Of a DNA stretch of 64,000 nt, positions 40,244 through 48,830 are shown in pieces (positions within the stretch are counted from its first letter, which is position 1; every line of letters begins with the position of its first letter). Both the position numbers and the translations under genes were made by a program. The notes beneath the pieces were generated by a model, which saw only the letters and a program-made list of their open reading frames with translations, had not been told where the DNA came from and ran no database searches. Source of the DNA: Bradymonadia bacterium (GTDB taxonomy: Bacteria; Myxococcota_A; Bradymonadia; UBA7976; UBA1532); the NCBI GenBank assembly GCA_046290225.1, contig JBKAGE010000082.1:1-64000 (forward strand), read 5' to 3'.

Positions 40244-43200
40244 ATGATGACTCGACGCAACCTCATCCGACATTCGCTCTATCAGCTACTCGGCGCCAGT
40301 GCCCTCACCCTCGCTGGCACGTCTCTGGCCAACGCCAACCACGACTACCTCAGCTGTGCGCTCTTCGACGATGGCCAGGTGAAATGTTGGGGCTACAACA
40401 GCCACGGCAACCTTGGTCTGGGCGACAACAACCACCGTGGCGACTCTGGCGGAGAGATGGGCGCCAGCTTGCCTTATGTCTCTCTCGGTGAGCCTGCTGT
40501 GGAAGTGCACACTGGCTACATCAGCACCTGCGCCATCATGCAGAGTGGCCAAGTGAAATGCTGGGGCTACAATGCCCACGGCGAGCTCGGTCTGGGCGAC
40601 AACAACCACCGCGGCGACTCTGCCGGTGAGATGGGTGCCAGCCTCCCCTATGTAAACTTCGGTACTGGTGTAACAGTGCAACAGCTCGACATGGGCGTGC
40701 ACCATCAGTGCGCTGTCATGGACAACGGTGGGGTGAAGTGCTGGGGCTACAACAGCTACGGCAACCTCGGATATGGCGACACGCAACACCGGGGCGACAA
40801 CGCCAACGAGATGGGCGACAGCCTCCCCTATGTCAACCTCGGTACCAACGTCCAGGGGCAACCTCATACAGCCCAGATGGTGGCGGCGGGCTATCTCAAC
40901 TCGTGTGCAGTGCTCGAAGACGAGCGGGTGAAGTGTTGGGGCTACAACAACTACGGCCAACTCGGTCATGGCAACAACACCCAACGCGGTGATAACGCTG
41001 GCGAGATGGGTAACAACCTCGCGTATACCGATCTCGGCACCAACGCTCAGGGCCAACCGCACACGATCAAGGACATCGACGGAGGCATCTACCACTGGTG
41101 TGCACTGCTCGATAATGATCGGGTGAAATGCTGGGGCTACGGCAGCCAAGGCAACCTCGGGTACGGCAACAGCCATCACCGAGGCGACAACGCGAATGAG
41201 ATGGGTGACAACCTGCCCTATGTCGACCTCGGCACCGACGGTCAGGGCAACCCGTTGCTGGTCGACAAGCTCTATGTGGGCGCCTACCACACCTGTGCAT
41301 TGATGCAGGACACCTCGACGAAGTGTTGGGGGTACGAGCAGCTGGGATCCACTGGCACTGGGCAAAACCGAACCTACATCGGCGACGCTGCCAACGAGAT
41401 GGGCAACAACCTCATCCCTGTAGACTTCGGGCCAGGCCTCCACGCTGTGGAGATGGATCTGGGCCACTACTATGGGTGTGCCCTGCTCAACAACAGTGAG
41501 GTGAAGTGCTGGGGCTACGACATCTACGGCCAGCTCGGCCTGGGCACGAACGGCCAGCATCGTGGTGACAGCGCGGGTGAAATGGGGGCCAACCTGCCTT
41601 TTGTCGACCTCGGCAACGGCACCATCACGGCGCTCTCTGCGCCTGAGCCTTTCTCCATTGTCGATGACGATGGCGACAACATCGACGATGCCATCGACAA
41701 TTGCCCCCTTGTGGCCAACGCCGCTCAAACCGACACCGACGGAGACGGTTTGGGCGACGCCTGTGATGTATGTGCAAACGATGCGACGAACGACGCTGAT
41801 GGCGATGGCATCTGCCAGGACGTGGACAACTGCATCACCGTGGCCAACGCAGACCAGACGGACAACAACGGTGACGGCTATGGCGATGCTTGCGTGAGCG
41901 TGAACGCCGACATCGACCCCACCGCTACCCTCGGCAACGACCTCGTCATCGGCGAGAACGCTGTCATCGGCTCATTCGCCAATGTGGGCGACGGCGCCAC
42001 AGTGATGGGTGACCTTGGCAGCAGCGCCAGCGTAGGCGCAGGCTCTGTCGTGGCCGCGGGTGCCAGCCTCGCCAACGGCGTTCGTGTGGGTGACAACGTG
42101 GGCATCGGGGCTGGTACCAGCATTGGTGTCATCGCTCGCATCGGTGACGGGGCCAGCATCGGCGCCAACGTCACCATCGGTACTCAGGGTGAAATCGGCG
42201 CTGGTGCTGTCATCCCTGACGGCGTCCAGATTGGTGAGATTTCGGGTGTGGGTGACAACACTCAGCTCGGTGCTGGCTGTGTCCTCGGCAACAACGCCAA
42301 GATGGGCGCCAACGGCTCCACGGGGACCGACTGCACCCTCGAGTCGAACACTCGCGTGGGCGATGACTTCGTCTTTGGGAGCACGGTGCACATCGAGTCG
42401 AACTCCACCATCGAGCCCGAGGCCGACTTCGGCAACGGTGTCCGCATTGGTGACTACGCTGTCGTGGGCCGCAACGCTCACCTCGCAGCCGGCACCACCC
42501 TCGCATCTGGTGCGGAGTTGGGCGAAAACGCTTCAGTGGGTGCCGGCTCCGAGATTCGCGGTGCCCTGGGCAATGGCGTGACCCTGGGTGCGGACTGCTT
42601 CGTGGGCAACCAGAGCAGCCTCGCTGACAACTGCACCTTTGGCGACCGTGTCACCACGGGCATCTTCGTCTCCCTCGGCGCACGCTGTGACGTGGGTGAG
42701 GATTCAGCGATTTACGACGGTGTGACCCTCGGTGTGGACGGCAACATCGGTGCTCGCAGCACGGTGCTCTTCCGGGCGACGATTGGCGACAACGCCACCA
42801 TCGGGACCGACACCATCATCGACGAGCAGAACGACATCGGGAACGACTTCACCCTCGGCAACAACAGCCGCCTCTGGCCTCGCTCCGACTTCGAGAACGA
42901 GGTCACCATCGGCGCCAACGTCCTCATCCGCGACAGCAGCTACCTGCACGAGGGCGTCACCATCGAGGACGACGTCACCATCTTCCCCGAGACCACCATC
43001 GGGGCTGATGCCACCATCCGCCAGGGTGTAGAGCTCGGCGTGGCCATCTGTGAGACCCAAGTCTGTGGTCAGGTCACCATCGGTGAGTGCTCCGACGTCA
43101 ACGCCGACATGGACGCTGGCAGCAACATGCCCGGTGATTGTGTCATCGACATCGTGGTGAACGGTGCCAGCCGCAACTGGGAAGACGGCACCTACGCCAC

Positions 43201-43798
43201 CGCCTGCCACGACTACATCAACCCCGCCAATGGTTACGCATACAGCGGCGCCACCGGTGATGGCCGCTACACCATCGATCCTGATGGCGACGGCGGCAAC
43301 GCGCCCTTCGACGTGTACTGCGACATGACCACCAACGGCGGTGGCTGGACCCTCGTGGACAACGACGCCACCAATGGTGCGATCTTCCAGAGCCGGACCC
43401 TTGGCGCCAACCCCGACATCAACGTCACCCGCGGTGCCTTGTTCCCAGTCTATGACTGGTCCGACAGCCCCCAGTTGCTGTGCAAGTCCAGCACTTACAC
43501 CGGCACGCTCCCCTGGCGTACGTTCCACGTGTACGGCAATGGCTTGAACTACCCCTACCAGACCTCCATCGGTGGATTCGGCGCCGGCGGGTACTTCGGC
43601 TACGCTGTTGACAACGGCAACGGCCAGGCCGGCACCGGCAGCTGGCTCCACAACACTCAAAGCCGTTTCGGCTCTGTCTGGATCGGCTCTGGCGGCAACT
43701 CGAGCTGCTCGTGCAACTACTACGCGCCCAGCCCCTCCTCTGGTCTGGGCACCTACGCGGCCTCCAGCAGCAACACCTGCAGCACCTGGATCCGCTGA
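40244..43798 (+). CDS. Giant secreted RCC1 + TSP3 + LbH + divergent fibrinogen-like C-terminal domain protein (paralog 3)
   Basis: GGAGG RBS then MMTRRNLI; stalk near-identical to paralog 1; [14 protein letters not shown]...TWIR tip. Confidence 0.9.
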   Translation: MMTRRNLIRHSLYQLLGASALTLAGTSLANANHDYLSCALFDDGQVKCWGYNSHGNLGLGDNNHRGDSGGEMGASLPYVSLGEPAVEVHTGYISTCAIMQSGQVKCWGYNAHGELGLGDNNHRGDSAGEMGASLPYVNFGTGVTVQQLDMGVHHQCAVMDNGGVKCWGYNSYGNLGYGDTQHRGDNANEMGDSLPYVNLGTNVQGQPHTAQMVAAGYLNSCAVLEDERVKCWGYNNYGQLGHGNNTQRGDNAGEMGNNLAYTDLGTNAQGQPHTIKDIDGGIYHWCALLDNDRVKCWGYGSQGNLGYGNSHHRGDNANEMGDNLPYVDLGTDGQGNPLLVDKLYVGAYHTCALMQDTSTKCWGYEQLGSTGTGQNRTYIGDAANEMGNNLIPVDFGPGLHAVEMDLGHYYGCALLNNSEVKCWGYDIYGQLGLGTNGQHRGDSAGEMGANLPFVDLGNGTITALSAPEPFSIVDDDGDNIDDAIDNCPLVANAAQTDTDGDGLGDACDVCANDATNDADGDGICQDVDNCITVANADQTDNNGDGYGDACVSVNADIDPTATLGNDLVIGENAVIGSFANVGDGATVMGDLGSSASVGAGSVVAAGASLANGVRVGDNVGIGAGTSIGVIARIGDGASIGANVTIGTQGEIGAGAVIPDGVQIGEISGVGDNTQLGAGCVLGNNAKMGANGSTGTDCTLESNTRVGDDFVFGSTVHIESNSTIEPEADFGNGVRIGDYAVVGRNAHLAAGTTLASGAELGENASVGAGSEIRGALGNGVTLGADCFVGNQSSLADNCTFGDRVTTGIFVSLGARCDVGEDSAIYDGVTLGVDGNIGARSTVLFRATIGDNATIGTDTIIDEQNDIGNDFTLGNNSRLWPRSDFENEVTIGANVLIRDSSYLHEGVTIEDDVTIFPETTIGADATIRQGVELGVAICETQVCGQVTIGECSDVNADMDAGSNMPGDCVIDIVVNGASRNWEDGTYATACHDYINPANGYAYSGATGDGRYTIDPDGDGGNAPFDVYCDMTTNGGGWTLVDNDATNGAIFQSRTLGANPDINVTRGALFPVYDWSDSPQLLCKSSTYTGTLPWRTFHVYGNGLNYPYQTSIGGFGAGGYFGYAVDNGNGQAGTGSWLHNTQSRFGSVWIGSGGNSSCSCNYYAPSPSSGLGTYAASSSNTCSTWIR

Positions 43799-43862
43799 AC
43801 AGCGCGCGCTGACACGACAGCCGCAACACACTGGCCCCGGCGTGGCCTGACAACGCCCCTAC

Positions 43863-45080
43863 ATGTCTGATCTGACAGTTGAGCACCTCACCGTCATGGC
43901 CCAGAGCGAGGATCCCATCCACCGCTGTGAGGCCGCACTTCACCCCAACACACCTGGCACATTGCTGCTTCAACTGGCCCGCGAGTGGCCTGCTGAGGTC
44001 CTCGAGAACCCTGCGTGGCCGCTGTTCACGTTGGGCTCACCGCAATGGGGCGACCACCTGGACGGTGCCCTGGCGCAAACGCTTGCGCGGCAGCCGCGCT
44101 GCCCACTCGAGGTGCTGCGATGGGCCATCGCCCGAGAGCACACCAACACGCTGATCAGCTACGCCGAGCAGCGCGCTCATGATCTGGGCCACCGCCTCAA
44201 GGCCGCCATGGGCGTTCGGCCACGACCCATGGCCTTCGACTGGCCGCGCTGGCAGGCGGCTCTCTCGGATCAAACGGAGCTGGTGTCACAGCTCACCCGC
44301 GCGGGCATGCCCTGGCGGGTGCTCGATGCCCCTCCACCAGAAGACTGCCCACCCCTCGACCCGGAGGAGGTCGACCAGCTGCTGGCCTGTGGCCTGTTGG
44401 GGGCCCACCTCGTCTTGATGTCGTCGTGTGCCCTGACCCCAGAGCAGCTAACGCCGCTCACCGCCCACCCCTGGCCCGAAACCCGAGTACTGGTCGCTCA
44501 GTCTGAGCACCTGGATGACTCGACCTTCGAAGCATTGGCTGCGGACTATGAGACCGAGGTACGCGGTGAGATCGCAGTGCACCCTCGTTGCCCGACGTGG
44601 CTGCTGTTGAGGCTCAGCCATGATACGGCTGTGCCGGTGGTGGCCGCAGCAGCACACCACCCACAGCTGGCCCCAGCCCGGCTGAATGCTCTCTCCACCT
44701 CTTCTGAAGAGCGAGTCCGCGCAGCGGTGGCGGGCAACCCGTCCTCACCCCTGAGCGCCCTCGAGCACCTCGCCGCTGATCCGACCCCGTCAGTGTTGCT
44801 GGAGCTGGCCCTCAACCCATCAACGCCAGAGCACATCAGAGCAAAGGCTGGGGCCCTCTCGGCGCAGATCGTCTGGGCTCAGGCGAACCTGCCCTGCCCT
44901 CCGGACGACCCCCAAGCGCCAGCGGCGCTCCGTAGCCTGCCAAAGCCGTATCGCTACCTTGTCGCCATGGAAGGTGGGGTGCTCCCGGTGGTGCAACACA
45001 CGTTCGCCGATGATCCGGACGCGCAGGTGAGAGAGGCCCTGAGTAAATGCCCGTTCCTCGTGGGTAGCCTCAGGGCGTGA
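43863..45080 (+). CDS. Leucine-rich-repeat-variant (LRV)/HEAT-like repeat protein
   Basis: Repeats such as VRAAVAGNPSSPLSALEHLAAD, EVRGEIAVHPRCP and ALHPNTPGTLL. Confidence 0.75.
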   Translation: MSDLTVEHLTVMAQSEDPIHRCEAALHPNTPGTLLLQLAREWPAEVLENPAWPLFTLGSPQWGDHLDGALAQTLARQPRCPLEVLRWAIAREHTNTLISYAEQRAHDLGHRLKAAMGVRPRPMAFDWPRWQAALSDQTELVSQLTRAGMPWRVLDAPPPEDCPPLDPEEVDQLLACGLLGAHLVLMSSCALTPEQLTPLTAHPWPETRVLVAQSEHLDDSTFEALAADYETEVRGEIAVHPRCPTWLLLRLSHDTAVPVVAAAAHHPQLAPARLNALSTSSEERVRAAVAGNPSSPLSALEHLAADPTPSVLLELALNPSTPEHIRAKAGALSAQIVWAQANLPCPPDDPQAPAALRSLPKPYRYLVAMEGGVLPVVQHTFADDPDAQVREALSKCPFLVGSLRA

Positions 45081-45921
45081 GCACCATGTTGTCGATGAGG
45101 CGGGTCTGACCGATCTTCACGGCGAGGGCCAGTACACACGGTTGGGTGATGGCGCCCTCGAAGGTCTGCAGGGTGTCTGCCCGACGCACGCTCACATATT
45201 CGATGTCGGTGCCTGGCGCCGCAGCGATGATCTCATGGGCAGCGGCCTCGAGGGCCTTGGGCTCACGGTTGCCTGCGGCGAACAGCCCCCGTGCTGCGGC
45301 GAGGGACCGACTCAAGGATCGGGCGCTCTGACGCTCGCTGGCGCTCAAATAGATGTTCCTGCTGCTCATGGCGAGGCCGTCGGGCTCTCTCACGATGGGG
45401 TGGCCCACGACCTCGACCGGCACGTCGAGATCAGCCACCATCCGCCGAATCACCGCGAGCTGCTGGAAGTCTTTTTCGCCAAAGATGGCCGCATCACACC
45501 GCGTGATGTTGAAGAGCTTGAGCACTACGGTGCATACGCCATCGAAGTGCCCGGGGCGGTGGGCACCACAGAGGCCCTCGGAGACGCCGGCGGTGTGGAT
45601 CGTGGTCTGATGTCCGCTGGGGTACATCATGTCGCGGGTGGGCATGAAGACCGCGTGTACTCCTGCCTCAGCGGCTTTGGCCAGATCACCTTCGGCGTCT
45701 CGAGGGTACTGTTCGAAATCTTCACCAGCACCAAACTGGGTGGGGTTCACGAAGATGCTCGCCAGCACCGCGTCGCCGTGATCGGCGGCTGCCCGCATGA
45801 GGGCCTGATGCCCGGCGTGCAGCGCCCCCATGGTGGGCACGAGCACCACCCGCCGCCCCTCGCGCTGATGCGCAGCGCTCCAGGCACCCACAGCCTCGAT
45901 GCGGGTGAGGGTCTCAATCAT
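45070..45921 (-). CDS. panC: Pantoate--beta-alanine ligase
   Basis: VPTMGALHAGH, SIFVNPTQF, RPGHFDGV, FGEKDFQQ, DGLAMSSRN and TRLIDN motifs. Confidence 0.97.
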   Translation of the reverse strand: MIETLTRIEAVGAWSAAHQREGRRVVLVPTMGALHAGHQALMRAAADHGDAVLASIFVNPTQFGAGEDFEQYPRDAEGDLAKAAEAGVHAVFMPTRDMMYPSGHQTTIHTAGVSEGLCGAHRPGHFDGVCTVVLKLFNITRCDAAIFGEKDFQQLAVIRRMVADLDVPVEVVGHPIVREPDGLAMSSRNIYLSASERQSARSLSRSLAAARGLFAAGNREPKALEAAAHEIIAAAPGTDIEYVSVRRADTLQTFEGAITQPCVLALAVKIGQTRLIDNMVLTP

Positions 45922-46714
45922 GGCTGTGGGCCGCGGAGGGGAACTCTCCGGCCTGTACCTCGCGGGCATAGCTCGACAACGCCCCTACGACCCGGCTCTG
46001 CAGATCGTCGTACTTCTTGAGGAACTTGGGGCTGAACCGATCGTCGAGGCCGAGCAGATCGTAGAGCACCAGCACCTGACCGTCGCAGCCTGGGCCGGCG
46101 CCGATGCCGATGGTGGGGATGCTGAGGGCGGCGGTGATCTGAGTGGCCAGCGCCTGAGGGATGCCCTCGAGCACGAGGGCATAGGCCCCAGCATCCTGCA
46201 GGGTCAAGGCGTCGCTGATCATGCGCTCGGCGGCGTCGTCGTCACGGCCCTGGATCTTGTAGCCCCCGAACTGGTGCACCGACTGAGGCGTCAGGCCCAG
46301 GTGACCCATGACCGGGATGCCTGCCTGAGTGATTTTGCGGACGGCGTCGGCATGCACCGCGCCGCCTTCGAGCTTCACCGCCTGTACCCCACCCTCTTTC
46401 ATAATGCGGGCGGCGCTGGCGAGGGCCTGCTCGGGGGAGACCTGGTAGCTGCCGAAGGGCATGTCGCCCACGAGATGTGGGCGGCTGCTGCCTCGGGCCA
46501 CGGCGCGGCAATGGTAGATGATCTCGTCGAGGGTGACCGGCAGGGTGTGATCGTGACCCTGGATCACCATGCCCAGTGAGTCGCCGATGAGGATCGCGTC
46601 GATCTCGGCGGCCTCCACGAGGCGGGCAAAGGTGGCGTCGTAACACGTCACCATACTGATTTTGCGGTCCTCTCGGGCCTTGCGGGCGAGCTGAGTCGTG
46701 CTGATGCGCGGCAT
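45914..46714 (-). CDS. panB: 3-methyl-2-oxobutanoate hydroxymethyltransferase
   Basis: LIGDSLGM, DMPFGSY, VKLEGG, GHLGLTPQS and IGIGAGPGCDGQVLV motifs. Confidence 0.97.
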   Translation of the reverse strand: MPRISTTQLARKAREDRKISMVTCYDATFARLVEAAEIDAILIGDSLGMVIQGHDHTLPVTLDEIIYHCRAVARGSSRPHLVGDMPFGSYQVSPEQALASAARIMKEGGVQAVKLEGGAVHADAVRKITQAGIPVMGHLGLTPQSVHQFGGYKIQGRDDDAAERMISDALTLQDAGAYALVLEGIPQALATQITAALSIPTIGIGAGPGCDGQVLVLYDLLGLDDRFSPKFLKKYDDLQSRVVGALSSYAREVQAGEFPSAAHSHD

Positions 46715-46723
46715 GTCTGATCC

Positions 46724-46762
46724 CTTTGTCCCGGGCCTGTCTTCATCAGGCTCCAGGCGAAG
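46724..46762 (-). promoter_or_regulatory. pan RNA motif-like hairpin in the panB leader
   Basis: Minus strand reads CTTCG-CCTGG-A-GCCTG-atgaaga-CAGGC-CCGGG-A-CAAAG: a stem with two opposed bulged A's, abutting the SD (AAAGGGA) of panB. Confidence 0.7.
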
Positions 46763-47047
46763 TCCGTGTGTGCCTGCGATGAGGGCAGGCGGGTGTGGGC
46801 AAAAGCTCTAGAGACCATGCTGTAGAGCGTCCGCTGTGGACTTCGAGCCCGGCCTGAGGCTCACGGGTATGTGAGCGCCGGTGCCCTTGTCTGGTCAGCG
46901 CGCAGGTCGATGGCCTGCAGACTGATGATAACAAGTTCGAGGAGAGGATTCGTCCGGAAAGGTCGATCGGACAGGTTGGTCGGGCAGAGGCAGGTGGTGG
47001 GGCGGGTCTGTTGGAGGGCCTGGCGCAAGGCGCTCAGCGGCACATTC

Positions 47048-48124
47048 TCAGCGGCGGGGGCGCTCTTCCTCTTCGCAGCGCTCGGCGACGCACTCGTTCA
47101 CAGCCATGCGAGCCCGGGAGGCGCAAGCGGCCTCGTCGCCACCGGCGGCCACACACCGCTCGTACAGCTCGATGCCGGCGTCGGCGCAGCGCTCCTCACA
47201 GGTGGGGGGCTCGGGGGCCTCGCAGCGCTCGGCGATGCACTGGTTCACAGCGGCGCGCACGCGCTGGGCGCAGCGATCTTCGTCGCCACCGGCGCGGACA
47301 CACTCACCGTAGAGCTGGCGACCATGGGCGGCGCAGCGATCTTCGCAGGTCATGGCCTCGGGCTCTTCCTCAGGGCGCTCGGGACGCTCGCCCTCTTCGC
47401 CCTCAGGACGCTCAGGCCGCTCACCCTCACCACCCTCGGGGGCCTCAGGACGCTCGGGACGCTCACCTTCGGGGGCTTCAGGGCGCTCAGGCTGCTCGCC
47501 CTCTTCACCCTCGGGGCGCTCAGGGCGCTCGGGGCGACCCTCGTCATCATCGCCGCGATCTCGACGGGGGGCGTCGGGGCAGGCCTCGTGGCATGCCTGG
47601 GCCGCCTCGCGGCCCTCGGCGAAGCAGGCCTCGCGCTCGCCGTCGTCCTCCATACAGGCAGCGACGGCCTCTCGGGCCTCGGGACGACACTCGGCGTGGC
47701 ATGCGCGGATCCGATGGCGAATGCGACGGGCGACGTGACGGCGACAGTTGCGCATGAAGCGATCGGAGAGGTCTTCGCATGCCGGGGCGTCCTCGGGCAG
47801 GGCGTCGCCGGCCTCGGCCTGACGGGCCTCGCACCGGTCGATGGCGCGCTCCACCCAACCCTCGCAGAAGGCCTGAGCGTCGCCGCCGGCCTCGGGCATC
47901 TCACCCTCGGCGGGGGGCTCGACACCCTCGGGCATGGGCTCGTCTTCACCTTCGGCCTCGTCGGCATCCATGCCCTGGCCCCGCAACGCGGCGGCTTCGT
48001 TGTCCAGCTCGAGTTGGGACAGCTCTTCGTCGAAGTTGCCTTCGGTGGCTGTGTCGGTGGACTCGCCACAGGCGGCGAAGAGCATGGAGCAGAGGGCGGT
48101 GGTGCAGAGCAGGCGAATACGCAT
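47048..48124 (-). CDS. Lipoprotein with Cys-rich helical repeats and ERPE/GEE low-complexity linker
   Basis: AGGAG RBS; LFAAC lipobox; two copies of CExRCA..G..LY..CV.AGGDE..CA.R.R.AVN.C.AERCE. Confidence 0.78.
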   Translation of the reverse strand: MRIRLLCTTALCSMLFAACGESTDTATEGNFDEELSQLELDNEAAALRGQGMDADEAEGEDEPMPEGVEPPAEGEMPEAGGDAQAFCEGWVERAIDRCEARQAEAGDALPEDAPACEDLSDRFMRNCRRHVARRIRHRIRACHAECRPEAREAVAACMEDDGEREACFAEGREAAQACHEACPDAPRRDRGDDDEGRPERPERPEGEEGEQPERPEAPEGERPERPEAPEGGEGERPERPEGEEGERPERPEEEPEAMTCEDRCAAHGRQLYGECVRAGGDEDRCAQRVRAAVNQCIAERCEAPEPPTCEERCADAGIELYERCVAAGGDEAACASRARMAVNECVAERCEEEERPRR

Positions 48125-48177
48125 GGGGTGTCTCCTGTTGTGAGCAATCGAAGCTGCGTTGACTGCCCAGAGACAAT

Positions 48178-48194
48178 CGCAATGGCTGTGCCAG
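48178..48194 (-). promoter_or_regulatory. Putative sigma54 promoter of the 47048..48124 lipoprotein
   Basis: Minus strand CTGGCACAGCCATTGCG matches TGGCAC-N5-TTGC, ~55 bp upstream of the ATG. Confidence 0.75.
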
Positions 48195-48336
48195 GGGTTT
48201 TGGCGCCCGGATGAGACAAGAGGAGGCGTCAACTCAGGGCGACACCATGAGCCGACACCAATCATTTCAATCGCTTGCATTCATTTTGGCAGGTGTAAAG
48301 CGCGCTTGGCACCTGTCGGGTCGGCTTGACGGCGGG

Positions 48337-48470
48337 TGAGCGGACGGCCGTGCTTGCGCACCGCCTGTAGCGGACGGTCATCGCCTGGCGGCGACAGCCT
48401 GTAGCGGACGCCTGCACCAGCTACGCTGGCGCAAAGCTGTAGCGGACGGCGCTGACGCGCCTGTAGCTGG
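48337..48470 (+). repeat. Direct-repeat array of CTGTAGCGGACG(G) units separated by distinct small hairpins
   Basis: Units at 48337 (TGAGCGGACGG), 48365, 48399, 48437 and a degenerate one at 48461; same motif as at 20911-21008. Confidence 0.8.
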
Positions 48471-48830
48471 AGTTTCTTCTGAAGGTCTCAGCTGAAGCGC
48501 AGGTGGTCTCGACTACCGCGAGCTTCCTTGCTCTTGATGTAAACGCAGGGCGCAAGCCCCAACGACGTCGAAATCAGCACACAGTCACACCAGAACTGAC
48601 TTTTTACGCAGGGGAGCGAGCAAATAGGGCGCAGCCCTGAGCGACCCTGCCTACCCGGAGGCCTGCTCGCTTCAGCGAGTATGCCGACGTGTACGCGCCG
48701 GACGAGGCGGTCCGAAGGACTGCCGAAGGCCAGGCGCCTACGCAGGTGGAGCGAAGCGACGACTGCCTACCAGGGCCCAACCCCAACGGTCAGCAATGCC
48801 CAAGTGCATGCTCACAGATTTTGAACATGC

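Noticed and set aside
23000..43798. Diversity-generating retroelement acting on the variable tips
   Set aside because: I saw no reverse transcriptase and no template/variable repeat pair differing only at adenines. The tips differ wholesale.
46765..47040. tRNA, tmRNA or riboswitch upstream of the pan hairpin
   Set aside because: I recognised no cloverleaf, CCA end or known aptamer consensus.
48337..48470. CRISPR array
   Set aside because: The repeat is only 12-13 nt, the spacers are short, uneven and self-complementary, the motif recurs in inverted form elsewhere, and there are no cas genes in the window.
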